A stretch of DNA of 63,257 bases, filler included, from Asterionella formosa (Eukaryota), in NCBI GenBank assembly GCA_002256025.1. It is 3 parts of 3 records of this genome, joined end to end, with 100 filler letters (N's around TTAATTAATTAA, not from the genome) between each part and the next. Parts side by side here need not be neighbours in the genome. Positions count along the whole stretch, not along the records: positions 1 to 21,021 come from NKIB01003144.1; 2 more parts are not named here. The stretch is one strand, 5' to 3'. Of this stretch, positions 1 through 12,562 are shown in pieces. Within the stretch, counting starts at the first letter, position 1, and each line of letters begins with the position of its first letter. The notes beneath the pieces are model-generated. The model was not told the origin of the DNA, made no database searches, and worked only from the letters and a program-made list of their open reading frames with translations. A program made the translations under genes and the position numbers.

Positions 1-2
1 CT

Positions 3-359
3 TTTCCCTGGCATAGGCTCAATGGAACTCTCCAACCGTTCGATATGATCCATTCCAGAGATATTATACAGCACTTGCAACTTAAGGATGGCCAACGTTT
101 TCTTTGCAATGTCCTTCTCTCGGGCACCCGTTGGTTTGTTACTACTACTTTTAATGAAACAGGGAACGAAGAAATTTTGCAGGGTGATTGGTATGCGAAC
201 AATCTCAATGCAGAGCCTTTTAATTTCCCAGATGTTGGCAAGTGCAAGGAGACTCACCCAAGCCTGGAGCCAGATATGACGTGCGTGTACGATTTATCAG
301 AAGATTGGGCTTCAATCTACAGGAAGGAGAATTGTAAAGATTTCACCTTTTGTCAATAA
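3..359 (+). CDS. 3' part of a class I SAM-methyltransferase-like protein (5' end lies outside the window)
   Basis: Frame is open from position 3 (FPWHRLNGTLQPFDMIHSRDIIQHL...FLCNVLLSGTRWFVTTTF). The FDxIxxRDxxQHL and L/F-x-TTT segments resemble methyltransferase strands. Stop at 357-359. Confidence 0.5.
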   Translation, partial: FPWHRLNGTLQPFDMIHSRDIIQHLQLKDGQRFLCNVLLSGTRWFVTTTFNETGNEEILQGDWYANNLNAEPFNFPDVGKCKETHPSLEPDMTCVYDLSEDWASIYRKENCKDFTFCQ

Positions 360-1040
360 ACGATTGTAATTCCTCCTAATGTGTGGCTGACTGAGTATAG
401 AATCATTTGTAGGTTGTACAGGATATGCTGATAAAATATTCAAGAAAGGCAAAAAGAACCGTGAACATTGTGCTTTATCGTGGTGGATATCACTAGAATT
501 GTATAGTAGCCAAAACAATCATGCCTGGTAGACACTGAAGCTGTCAAGTTGACCGGATTTTCGAGGAGGCAACATCATCCCAGACCTTGGACGACGCCTT
601 TATAAAAATACCCTCTTTCGTTGTCCTATTTCTTCAGCAATCAGGGCACCCAAGCTTGCGAAGACTGGCTCTTGGATACTGTAAATAGTCTAGATTCATG
701 CAGTTTCCAGGAAAGGGCCCTGGTAGCATCATGAGATGTGCGTACTTCGACAATTTTTGTCAATTGCAGCTGCATTGAGCTACTTTCGATATTCGGCAAC
801 AATTATGGATTTGTATAGTTAGTTGATGCGAATGGGTCATTTCGGTTCGGATGAATGAAGGTGGAAAATGGTGATAAGTGCAAGGAAGATTGCTCTTAAG
901 CGACTTGTCTAGGTTGTATAGAACAGTTGATGAAAACTCATGACAGGATATAAATGAGGAGTCAAAATGGAAGATACGATTGAAAATCGCGAGTTGAAAG
1001 ACAAGAATGATATGAGTTCGACAACTAATTGTACCAGTAC

Positions 1041-1880
1041 TCAACCAGACGTCATATCCATGACTGCTCCCGAATATGGAATGTCCTCGTCTTTGTCGTA
1101 TACACCTACCATCACTTTCAAGCTATCCAATCTAATTGCCCCGCCTTTGTAGCCGAATAAAGTAGGCAGCTGATCGGGCCCGCGCTCATAATAAGGACCA
1201 AGTTTTGAGACAGCCACATTCTCTTTTCCCGGTTGAAGTCCAATGACGAGTGCGTCAGGACCAAATGCGATTCCAAACTCGGGATCGTCTCTCGCGCATG
1301 CAAGTCCTCCACCTCCCACCTTCTTTAACTTCTGGAAGGATGCACCGCCGTTGTTTGAATAAAACAAAAAGCTGGCCACAGAAGGTCTGGCCCCTCCAAG
1401 AGACGACCATCCTTTCACATTGTACCCTCCGAGAACGATGGGGCCGTCGAAGGTGATCCCAGTCGCCAAGACAACTGCTCCTCCTCTTCCGTCGACTCGT
1501 TCATGAAATGCCTTTGAATTCCAACCATGCTTGTTTGCGTCGTAGACAAGCTGCAATGCTCGCTCTTCCAACATTGTTTGCTTCAAGAGTGGGCGAACCA
1601 AAATGGCTTCAGGTCCATCAGAAGGGACAACTACAGTCGACATGTCGTAGGTTGCTGGATATTGTTCAGGGAATTTCTTTCGACGGTCTGCTTCAGCTTG
1701 CGCGTCATTGCCATTGCTCAATTGAGGAAACACTTTCTCGAGCCAACTACCAGCGTATCGTGTCGTTCTCCCACGTGCGGTTGGTGCGAAAACTACTGTT
1801 GAAGAGAATGCGAAGCTTTGGAATGCTAGGAGAGCAAACGCTGTCAAGCACAATGAAACTGAGCGACGCATGGTCGACAT
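1041..1880 (-). CDS. TLDc-domain protein, probably plastid-targeted
   Basis: Intronless 279 aa ORF with TLDc motifs (LVYDANKHGWNSKAFHERVDGRG, LGGYN, SFLFY, FGPDAL). A hydrophobic signal peptide ending SFA-F is followed by an S/T/R-rich transit-like segment. Confidence 0.8.
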   Translation of the reverse strand: MSTMRRSVSLCLTAFALLAFQSFAFSSTVVFAPTARGRTTRYAGSWLEKVFPQLSNGNDAQAEADRRKKFPEQYPATYDMSTVVVPSDGPEAILVRPLLKQTMLEERALQLVYDANKHGWNSKAFHERVDGRGGAVVLATGITFDGPIVLGGYNVKGWSSLGGARPSVASFLFYSNNGGASFQKLKKVGGGGLACARDDPEFGIAFGPDALVIGLQPGKENVAVSKLGPYYERGPDQLPTLFGYKGGAIRLDSLKVMVGVYDKDEDIPYSGAVMDMTSG

Positions 1881-2464
1881 GAGACAATCTGTAAATGATG
1901 GGGCTGGTATCCTTTGAATAGTATGTCATTCGAAGTGCAAACCGGTAATATGATCTACTATGGAATGTCCGCTAATCGAGATATTTTGCTTAATCTTTGC
2001 TTAAGTGAAAACGTGTTTACCAGACCTTCCTTGAATATGTATATGTTTAGATACGGTATATTGGTTCCGGTAATGTGCTACCAGTACCTATCATTCCCTT
2101 TTATGTACCTGGTACCTGGTAGCTCCATGCGCACATACTTTTATACTCAGTATTGGTACCAGTACCAGTTACCAGTACCTGGTAGGAGTACCAGGTACCA
2201 TGCATGAGTTAGCCATCGCACGACTTGGACGAATCCAATCGAATGACTCAACAGAAAGCGCGCCAATTTCATAATCTCGCAAGCAATTATTCTTCATTTT
2301 CAATGATCGATCTTTCTTATGTACGAAACCATAAGGTACTTGTATGATGATATGCAAAGGGGTGTAGGGGTAGGGGGTATGGCAGGGGTATACCAAGCAT
2401 CATTTGAATACCGTCTCACATCTATAGTCGGCTCGTGCTTCGTTGTGTCGCAACCTTGCTGATT

Positions 2465-2854
2465 ATGACAAATTCATTTGTGGAACCATCGCTAGCCAAG
2501 AAGCTAATCCTTCACAACAACCCAACGAGAAAGGTATCTAGTGAAGCTGTTAAAATGGCAGCCGAACTTTTAAGGCTATTCATTGTCGAGGCAAGACTGC
2601 GAGCAGCCATCGAAGTACGTATTTACCAACAACCACTGCAACAGTTATTGTCTTGTGTTGGTCCTAACGAGAAGTGTGAAACCTTCCACCTTTCTGATTT
2701 TCAGGCAGAGTGCGAAAATGAAGGTACCGTGCTGGAAAATTCATCCCCTTGTGATGACAATGGGTTGTCGGGTGATTCTCTAGGGCATGTAGTCTCCATA
2801 CGAGCCGATCACATAAGTAAGGTTGCCGCAGAGCTCTTGATGGACTTCTCATAG
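2465..2854 (+). CDS. CENPX: Centromere protein X / MHF2 histone-fold protein (exons 2465-2614, 2705-2854)
   Basis: KVSSEAVKMAAELLRLFIVEARLRA and C-terminal IRADHISKVAAELLMDF match CENP-X/STRA13. GTACGT...TTTCAG intron at 2615-2704. Confidence 0.8.
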   Translation: MTNSFVEPSLAKKLILHNNPTRKVSSEAVKMAAELLRLFIVEARLRAAIEVRIYQQPLQQLLSCVGPNEKCETFHLSDFQAECENEGTVLENSSPCDDNGLSGDSLGHVVSIRADHISKVAAELLMDFS

Positions 2855-2928
2855 GCTTGACTTGCACTTGAACGTCTACCTACTTATACTACCAGGTACT
2901 TAGAATTCTAACAGTCATTTCATACTTT

Positions 2929-4384
2929 CTACCGAAGCAAATCCTTTGATTTGCTCGACCCCATTTGGGAGAATACCACCTTATCAATCATGCCCATGAT
3001 AGTCACGACTCCACCAACAATGGCGGCGACGCTGGTGAAAAAAAGAACAAACCCTCGTTTGTATTCTTCAATTTCCACGTGCAACGCTGAAACTTCGTAA
3101 AAGAAAAATACTCCAGGCAATCCGCGCCCTGAACCAGGATTCACATGACGCATGTGTTCGGTCACACTGAATTGATTGGTCTGAATGGTCGACCCATTCA
3201 AGAAGCGATATAGGGTTGGGACGACCTGGAGACGAGAATGTGTTAAAAAAAAGGACTTTATGTAGGTGCATGGACAATATGAACGTTTCAACATGTAGCT
3301 GAGAACATTACCTGTATATAGTACTGGTACATTCCGTATGCATCTTCAATAATGCGCTTTTCGTGGTCCAATTGGTGAATGTGGCCCGGATAATTTGGCC
3401 CAAATCGAAACAAGTTGATGGTATGGGAAACATTGAATTGCTCAAAAGTCCGAAGAAAGATGTCAAAGATGGAAAGATCGTCCTTTGTTTTACTGTTTTC
3501 GAGTTCACGGCTTGGAGCCAAGTGAATATTCCCACCTCCGGTGCTCAGAGCAACTATGCCGTGCACGTTGCAACCTTCGCCATGTTCGTCTTTACTTGTT
3601 AATTGATTCTTGCATTGTTCGATTGCGGTATAATCTTCAATCACCCACCCCATGACACCGTAAGCTCTCTTGACATCGTCGCATGTTTCACAACACTCCC
3701 CTTCCTCCCCGGCTCCATAGCAGCTACCACATTGGAGTTCTCGTCGCACATAAGGAAATTCCCCTGCGTCTAAAGCACCACTCGTGACAGCAATATCCTT
3801 CAATGAATCTTCCGTCAACAACGTACTTCCAAGCTCCAGCTTGGTCCGTTCTCCGATATATTCACCGCTGCTGCTCATTCGATGCTTCCATACATGGTGA
3901 ATCTTGTCGAGGTGAAGGGATTGCTTTTGTCCAGTAGGGTCGTTGGCATCCACACTCAATATCGCGCACGGAACGGAATGCAATGTGATATCAAATTCCA
4001 ACTCCAACCCAGTAGGCGAAGTAGCATTGGCATGTACCTTTTCTACTATATTTGTTTGAAAGTTAAAAGCCAGCTCTGTATAAATCAGGTAACCAATGGC
4101 TACATAAATGCACAGTAAAATGAGAATCTGAGCATTGATACATACACGTTCGTGACTTTCCAAGAATAGCCCCTTATTGGTTCATTTGCCCATGTCGGAT
4201 CCAAATGCTTGATATTGCTTTCAAATATCTACCGAAAATCTTGAACTCATCCATACTCATTGCAACAGGACTTACCACAGAGAGTGACAATGGAGAGGAC
4301 AGCGCCTCCAGAGGTATGGACTCGAAACTCACTGGAAACGGAGCTATGCGCGTCAAACTCTTTCAGTTTATCGTTGATTTTCAT
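2929..4384 (-). CDS. ERGIC3: ER-Golgi intermediate compartment protein 3 (Erv46 family); exons ~4384-4276, 4099-3312, 3225-2929
   Basis: N-terminal LKEFDAH...RVHTSGGAVLS, then CGSCYGA, CCETCDDVKRAY, GEGCNVHG, NVSHTI, YQYYIQVVPT, TNQFSVTE, LPGVFFFYE and AIVGGV. Both introns have canonical GT-AG ends. Confidence 0.92.
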
Positions 4385-5110
4385 TTTATTAAACTACCAG
4401 ACAGTGAGTTATCAAGAAGATGCGGCAGCAAACTTATTGTCGAACTGAACAAGGAATACCGGTAGAGCTGTTGTTTCATGGGTGAAACAGATCTAATGTC
4501 GTCCCTGAAGCAAAATATACCATGTTGTATACCGGCCTGCACGTCTCTAACCAGTGGCTGTGAATAGTAGAAACAATATACGATACCATTATATAAATGA
4601 AAAGCTAAAATAATAAATATCTTTATACGGTACAACCCGGTACTCAAAATTTTATGCAACTGGAGCAGCATTTAGGACCAGCGGCACCAAGGATGGTCCG
4701 GTAAAACACGTTTTTTCCTTGAGCGAAATCGAATCGATTACCTGACCTTCCTGCCACAGGTACCTGGTACCAGACGGTGGAGTACCAGGTAGACCGAAGA
4801 GTAGCATAATGGCTATTACTCAGAGTACTTGACAGACCAGCCAGGAGCATCGCCATTTCTTGCATTACTTACCAGTTATTCCGGTACCCGAAGAGGTCTA
4901 AAACAGGGTGATAAAACTAGCATCATATCAGCTACCGGTATACTGGAGTCGAGCATTGAGCAGCACAAAGTCGTCACATGTAAGGTTTGAGATGCCTACA
5001 GTTAGTTTTAAGGAGAGGCTGGTACGCTAATTGTAAAGTATACACGTAGCGAGGGACGGCGATTATTTAACCAATGATGCATAGTCATAACTGCATTTGG
5101 ATGGAACTGC

Positions 5111-6432
5111 TCATGTAATTGCTGGCATCGTATAAGTGCCAGAGTTGGCTTTCGCTTCGCCAGACTCCACACTGGAGTCATCAGAGATTGCCCGTCGAAT
5201 GATCGTTCCATCTGGCCCAATCACTGTCTCGCCAGTGCTGACTCCACTATCGATGGTCAACTTCATGAGATATCCGAACAGCGTGGTGTTCACAATGAGA
5301 AGGAGTGCCCAGGTCACATCCTTCAATCCAAGAAGAGAAAAAACAGTAATAATGATAACAACAAGGATGAAAATTCCAATAACGTGAACCTGCTGCAGAC
5401 CAGCAGCACTCATGGCAGCTTGCTCTAAGAGGGCATCTTTGTTTGACATCTGTGTTCGCTTTCTAAGAATGGCAACAAGCATGCCGAAGCCGAAAATAGA
5501 AAGAATTGAGAGCAACAGCTTGTCGGAGGTATTCCAGCCATTCTTCTCCTTCCTCTCTAATCCAGTTTTTTGGCACTTTCTATCACATCCTTCTCTGTCT
5601 TGCCAAACCGCGGAGCAAAGAGGGGCGTTCATTTGTCTGTTCTCATAGAACTGGTCGTCAATCGAGTCGTCAGACACGTCAATCCAGTTGACACAAGCCT
5701 TGCATTGTTTGAATGGTGGCTAATACGGGAAGAAATAGTCAGTAAATGTACTTCTGCAAGGCAAAGAAACTTGTGGAGAAGCAACAAGATACCACCAATG
5801 GACGCACCTGAATATCTGAAACATCAATGTTGGAATCATCATAACCATCAGTTACATCTCTAGTTTCGCACGTGTTGTCAGTATAGATGTTGACCGCAAT
5901 CGACTGGCTGGTACCGTCCTCACATCCAAGCTGTACATAGATTATTTGTTTCTCCACTTCCACTTGAGTGCACGACGAGTACGCCGCACTGGATGGGACC
6001 ACCCAGTCATCATTGCCAGTATCAGCCTTGTTTTGCGACAGTTGATTCATATAGGCATCAACGAAGACAGGAACAGGAACAATGTAAGTACCAATAGGCT
6101 CATCACTGCATTGTTTGTAGGCGTGCTCGAATACAGAAAAGACGATAACGTCAACATCATTGCTGGATATTCACAGAGAAAAAGGGACACTAATGAGCAT
6201 CACTTACATACAATTAGAATTTCAAACCGGTTGCCATTCCTTGCAAGCGATAATGTACTTACTACACAATGCATCGCTTTGGGAGAATAGCATATTCAGT
6301 CCAGTACTTGATGTAACCGCTCCCGCTTTGATACTGGTCATTTGTCGCTAAGCCATCATCGTCGGCTATAACGAACGGTGAAGAAACCAGTAGCAATACC
6401 AGTAAGAAAAGACTTCTTTCAATCTTCGTCAT
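5111..6432 (-). CDS. Multi-exon membrane protein of unknown function (signal peptide, Cys-containing luminal region, ~3 C-terminal hydrophobic segments)
   Basis: ATG at 6432 (MTKIERSLFLLVLLLVSSPFVIA). ORF pieces 5739-6050 and 5111-5677 can be joined by GT-AG introns near 6259-6163 and 5807-5759. Exon boundaries are approximate. Confidence 0.7.
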
Positions 6433-7764
6433 TTGTATGGAGTGCTTGAGTAAACTTCCGCACGGAGGAACCAGTGACTATGAGCAGGCTTCGAGGTGGA
6501 CGAAAATATTCAAAAATGATCGTTGGAGGAAATTCACACTGGAAGGCAGCTCTTTGTAACCAGCAGATCAATCAAATCGACTACCAGAATCTCTCTACCC
6601 GTATTTTATTGATCTGGACCTGTGTTTGAACAGAGTGGTCGCGACCTGTTCGAAGGAATAACGAAGGAAGCAACTGTTCGAAGGGATTTCACCAACAATG
6701 ATGCGCTTTGCAATGGCCAACGCCGGGTCGACACATTTGCGCCCGCCATTGATATTCTCTTTTATGTTTATTATACCAATATGAATATAATCATTTCCCT
6801 GCTCAAAAATACTACATAATATGGTTTACTAATAGTCTAAACAAAACAGTTTCGAACTACCGTTATTTACACTCTTCTTATGGACATAGTCTAGCACCAG
6901 GTCTCGGTGTAACAGTAAAACATACCAATGTTATGAACATCCATGTGCTCAAAAGCCACGAGGAATAGCATTTGCTGACTAACGGTACAGGGTGGCAGTG
7001 TGTTGTACCCCTGGAACCAGGTACCTGGTACCAGGTACCGGTCATGCGTTTATTAAATGGAATCCTAGAGTATATAATACAGTATAATCATGTACCGGCA
7101 TGTGAAAATTGCCCACCATCATTGGTATGTACCAGTATTCGTACATTTAGCAAAAATTGGAGCAAGTATACTTTTGACGTGAGGGGATGACACCGGTATG
7201 CATCAGCCAAAGCGCCTATCGTATGCTGTACAGATATGTCAAGAATATTAGCCCGAGTCACAGGGATTGTGGACTCGATTGTAATCCAACGAGTCGAATA
7301 TTGCATTGCCACGTCAATCAACAATCTAATGAGATCAAAGATTGAAGATTTCTATGGAAATGTTAAGTGGAAATTCAAAGAGAGTCTTTAAAAGATTTTG
7401 TGGGAAGCAAAGATGCATGGAAAGGAAACATTTAGTTTAGCTAATAATTTAATTTGAGTTTAGAATATCATTTGAGAACAGTGTGTTAATTGACAGGAAG
7501 GTCAATCAGTTTATCTAGCAGGGAAGCCTAGAAGCAGAGAAGAGAGAGAAAGTAAGTGGTACTAGGTAGTACTATGAGCACGTAAGAGTCTAAATGAAGA
7601 GATACCCAGGCCACTGGAAGGAGTACAGACCTTTTCAACACAGATAAAAAGCAAACAGCAAGCCCTCCAGTTTTGATGCTACCACATAACTATTTACCGG
7701 TGTGTGAGAACAAACAGGTATTTTGATGTCGTATCTTTCCATACCAACATACCGGTACCTGGTA

Positions 7765-10085
7765 CCACTTAAAAATTGTAAGCCACCATTATTTTACTCT
7801 ATCTTTCAACTAAAAATATTTATGTAATTCAACGATCAAAACTTGATGCAAGAAGTAATAAGCTTATGTTGGAAAATGCCCTCTGCTATACTATTAAGGA
7901 ATCAGTTTTGATTCAGTGTATCTAGCCATGAAGAAATGATTTTTCCAAAGTCACTAAGATTACTGCATAGCGGTGGCTTACAGTGCATATCTTTCTATCA
8001 TGTGTACATGTATATATTTTCCCCCCAAACCGTGTTTATTTTTACTCCGTTAATACTAAAAAGTTATTTTCTTATTACTTCACGTTTTACGCTTTTGCAG
8101 GGCAGCATCATCGTTGGAGAATTCTTCTGATGCATTACATTAATCTCGAGCTTCTTTGCATCCAATTACTTACTTGCGGAGTCTCAAACTTCATCACGGA
8201 ATGGTGGATCGGCAGTAGCAGTTGTAGAAGGAGAGGGAATAGCAACAGGAGGAGGTGCAGTAACAACAACCACAGCAATAGGAGGTGTATGGAGAGGGAA
8301 TGGCGGCTGCTGGTCACCATGGTGATTGGTGTTGTCGAATCTTGTAATCAGAGCTTGCCTTGTTTGTGGAACCGGCAAATCACCTGATCGTTTGTACCAA
8401 CGCGCCATTAATTTCAATTCTGGCACAGACATCTGTTCTTTTGTTTTGTTCTGTTCTTTCAATTCAAGTACTTTTCCGCGAAGTGTATTGAATTCTTGTT
8501 GCCTTTTTGTTTCTTTTGTACTACTAATGATAGTGTCTGAAATTCGCTTCCGTTCCACCAGTGTACTAGCAGCAAGAATGTTTGGCCCAAGGGCAAAGGT
8601 TTGTGCAGAGGCCAGTAGTCCTGCTGTTATCCTCTTCTTGTGTCCCTCAATGTGTAAATCCGCTGTCTCCTTTCTCTTTCTAGCTTGGGCCTCCCGGTCG
8701 ATTCCATTTCGCACATCCTTGCATTTGCAAAAACTCGTAAATTGTTCCAACAATTGTTCCAGCAAAGCCAGTTTAGAGGGTTAACTCATCAGGAGGGAGA
8801 GTGGCAGTCTCTGTGGGCGCATTGATGTTCTGTTGTGGTTGGGTTACTAGTTGAATCTCAGGGTGAAGCAAGACATTATAGTTCAGGGGATACCATCCTT
8901 GTTCATAAATTACTTTCTTGTTTGTGGCAATATTTGCAAAGGAATTGTCCCATGCCGTATTCACCAGTCCAACAATGTCGACCTTGCTAATTGTAATCTC
9001 TTGCCTGTGATATGATATGCTTTTAAGGTGAGCAATTTGCGTTTTGCTTTTGTGATGTTCATTTTGAAACAACTGTTTTGCTCAATACTGTCTCCAACCT
9101 GCCAGTAGCTTGTACCATAAGGAACACCAATACAGACTGTCCAATTGTGTACTGGGTTGTTTTATGTATTCAAGGAACAAAATGTCAAATCGAGAGCTAT
9201 GTCCATCAAGTATTAGGAATGGTGGGGGCCTGCTGTTTCGAGGAAAGATGCCAGAGTCATCCATGTGCTTTAGCATGCCAACCAGAAGCACTGCAGTGAT
9301 TGAGCCGTTTTCCGACACACAGCAGCATCTAGGCAACTGTTTCCTTCCACATCACAGACTGGTCCTTGTGGATGTCATTTTCCCTTTCCGCTATTGCCAT
9401 GTATGTTTTCATCTTCTCCTTCCCAAGCAGCAAACGGATCTAGGCCAAGCTTCTAGCTCCCTAAACACATTGTTAAGACAAATCTGAACACTGACCAACT
9501 CTTCAAGAGACAATTTCTTTCGAGGCAACAAGGCATTGCCTTGTCGAGGCGCTTTCGAGGTCATGATGTTGGTACTGTGATGGGTGATAGGTGATAAGTG
9601 ATTGTTGTGTTTGCATTTAATTTTTGTACTCATAATTCGGGCGTGCCAGGAATTCCTATTTGACGTTTTCCATTAGTGAGTTTATCTCTTTATTATGGCG
9701 CTCGAGCGAAAGCGCAATGACGTTGAAGCCATATTAAATAAATTTTAGAGGATACTAAATTAGTTTTCTAGCGGAGGAATGTTATTATAACTGTATACGT
9801 ATATAAAAAGTGATGCTTGCTCAATCGAGTAAACGTGAAAATATCCAATTTTAGCAATTTCACGTCGACAGCAAACTTTGGGGGATAATACCTAATTAAC
9901 AATGTACACAATGTAACAATACAAGAACGGAAGTATTTACTCGCTATATAAATCTGAACAACTCGTTCGTGACAATAAATAGCGTATCTTGTAAATTAAG
10001 TTCAAACCGTGCGTTTACTCTGTTTAGCGGTGGCTTACAGTTCAAAAGTCGCCGTAGCTAGCGGTGGCTTACAGTTTTTAAGTGG
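7765..10085 (-). mobile_element. Decayed pogo-like (Tc1/mariner superfamily) DNA transposon with both ends intact
   Basis: 23-bp TIRs: CCACTTAAAAATTGTAAGCCACC (7765-7787) versus the reverse complement of 10063-10085, with 1 mismatch. TA on both flanks. Internal copies of TAGCGGTGGCTTACAGT at ~7967, ~10025 and ~10059. Confidence 0.88.
8184..9633 (-). pseudogene. Fragmented DDE_1 (pogo/CENP-B-like) transposase
   Basis: Minus-strand fragments contain PFLILDGHSSRF, IGVPYGT..WQVGDS (frameshifted) and DIVGLVNTAWDNSF...GWYPLNYNVL. Several frameshifts; no intact N-terminal HTH. Confidence 0.8.
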
Positions 10086-12394
10086 TACCTGGTAATGCCT
10101 TAGGGTCGTTCTTATCATTTTCGATTTGGTATCATATTTTTTGAAAAAGTATCATGCAACGGCTACCCAATTTAAACCGAAAAAATCCATTCTCCACAAA
10201 AATAAAAATAAAATTGTATCATCAAAAAGTATCACGAAAATTCAACGGTTATGGGCTGGCTACAAACATGTGCTTTTCCTTCCAGACTATCGGTACATAA
10301 TGGTACCAAACCAGTCCTCAAACTATGCAAGAAATCTACGCAAATTATGTGTATGGACTACTATAGTCAATGGTATAATAATTCATTTCAAAGTTCAACT
10401 AATACCCTGCTCTTGTGGCTAATTCATTTACTAGTACTACACGCATCTTTATTTGTGAAATAGTAAGGATATTTGTAGTGTTTTATTTCATGCATGGACA
10501 ATCTACAGTTTATAGTTGTGCACTTCACGTAAATAATATGAACTATTATATTGAACAAGATTTCTCTTTGAGGTTTTCATGTGATGGTTCAGAATCATAC
10601 AGTGATTTCCAAGACAAAACTAGTTGATGATACAACTACGTATTTTAAAACTTCAAGATAAAATTGTTTTAGAGTATAAATCATTACGAAAGAGAACTCA
10701 TCGTATGGTACATACGCCAAAAAGGTATGAATTGGCCAAGAAATGACAGTAAAAAGAGTTTTCAACATCCTCATGCACCAAATTGACGCAACCATACTAA
10801 GCATCGCCGCTGAAGGCTGAAGTAAGTGCGCATTGCCTGTCAATGTAAAATTGGCAAATTGAACTCGCACCACTACGCCAAAGCAACGCGGACTCGAGAG
10901 AGTGTCCTTCAACGCTTATCAGAAGCACTCATGTGATGATAGCTAACCAAGTTAAGTACTGGTACAAGCAACCCGAGTGCGTGTTGTTGTCTTGCGCTGT
11001 GTCGTGGCTCAGTTGTTTTATCCCCGTGGCGCTTTTTCCCCTCAAATACTCCATCCGTACTCACGATTGGTAGATTAATTTATCTCCACGAGGATTGCAG
11101 TCATCGTACGCAAGCTTAGCCAAAGTGGACCTGCTGCAGATTTCAAATCTTTCCATTCTCAAACTAGGTTACAACAACTTGGGCAACGATGGTAAGTTTT
11201 AATCTGTTGACTGTCAGGATTTCAACACACCGCGCTTTGGGATCGTTGGATCTTGGATTCAACCAAGTCTGCGATGATGGGATTAGATCATTGGCACGTC
11301 GTGCTTTGTTTGGATCTGCCTTGCATACGCTTTGTAGGTTCTGTTGTTCCAAAGAGAAAGTCATGGCTGCGCCAGGATTTTTGACCCTCTCAATTCATAA
11401 AAACACCAACATTCAACACCACAGTGAACAATTAATTTTCAACATGGGGAAGACCCTTACAACTACTAGCATCCCCCTTCCAGATTTTCAGCTGCCTCAC
11501 TATAAACAAATCTTTTATCAGCTCACATATGGTTTGTTGCACCAACAGAAGGCAGGAGGAATGATGCAACATTGAGATCGTCCACAATGGATGCTTTTAA
11601 GGTAAGATTTATTTGCTTACTATTTTTGCTATCATATCACCAAGCGAGTGATAATTCATAATGATATGCTGCTGTTCTCAACATTCATCTGACATTTGAA
11701 CAGGCCTTTTCAGAAAAGGAGAGTTCTCTTGAAAGCAGGAGTGATAGAAGGTGAAATGATGCAATATGGAGACCCGCAAGCAATGGAAGATTTTACTAAG
11801 GTAAGCTTAATCCTCAGTTTTTGTCATCACATCAGCAAAGCGAGCGATAAATCACACGCGTTTGTTATTTTTCTCTACATTCATTTTACATTTTAGCAGT
11901 CCATTTCACAACAGGAGCATTCTTTTGAATACATCAGTGAGTTGCGGTGCTACCTGGTGGGTAATACCGGTGTCTTGCTTGCTGTAAATTTGACTGCTCC
12001 GTGAAACAGTTGAATAGCACATGTGTGTGTTGCTTTATGCTGTTGCTAGCTAGTTCTATTCAATGAATTACTGACACACTGTTGTTATGTAAATCTTTGC
12101 AGGTCAATGAAGAAGTCATTTCAAGGACAAGAAGGAAGCCAGTGCGATGCATTCCTGTTGCAACTTCGCACAATGATGCCTGTTTAAGAATGCATAATTT
12201 TTTCATTCAGAATGAACGGCTTCTGTTTGTCTTGCATTGTCCTTGTTACAGACATCTCATAATGCCTGCCTTCTCAAGACTGAAGATGCCACTCTGAAAG
12301 AACTGCTGTGTTTGATTGCATGTCGAGATTTGTTTCCCATGTAATGTGAAATACCGGTAGTTGAATTAGTAATCAACATATTTGATAGTACTTT

Positions 12395-12562
12395 TAAATT
12401 ACGTGAACAAAATTACAGAATTACTTAAACAAAATTAATACACTACGTGAACTATATTATAGAATTACGTGAACAAAATTATAAGGCAATGTGAACTAAA
12501 TTACAGAATTAATTGAAGTATTTCAAATAATTACGTGAAGTATTTCAAATAATTATGTGAAG
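12395..12562. repeat. Degenerate AT-rich tandem array (AATTACGTGAA-containing units, ~22-44 bp)
   Basis: Repeated ttacgtgaacaaaatta, and gaagtatttcaaataatta present twice. Confidence 0.6.
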
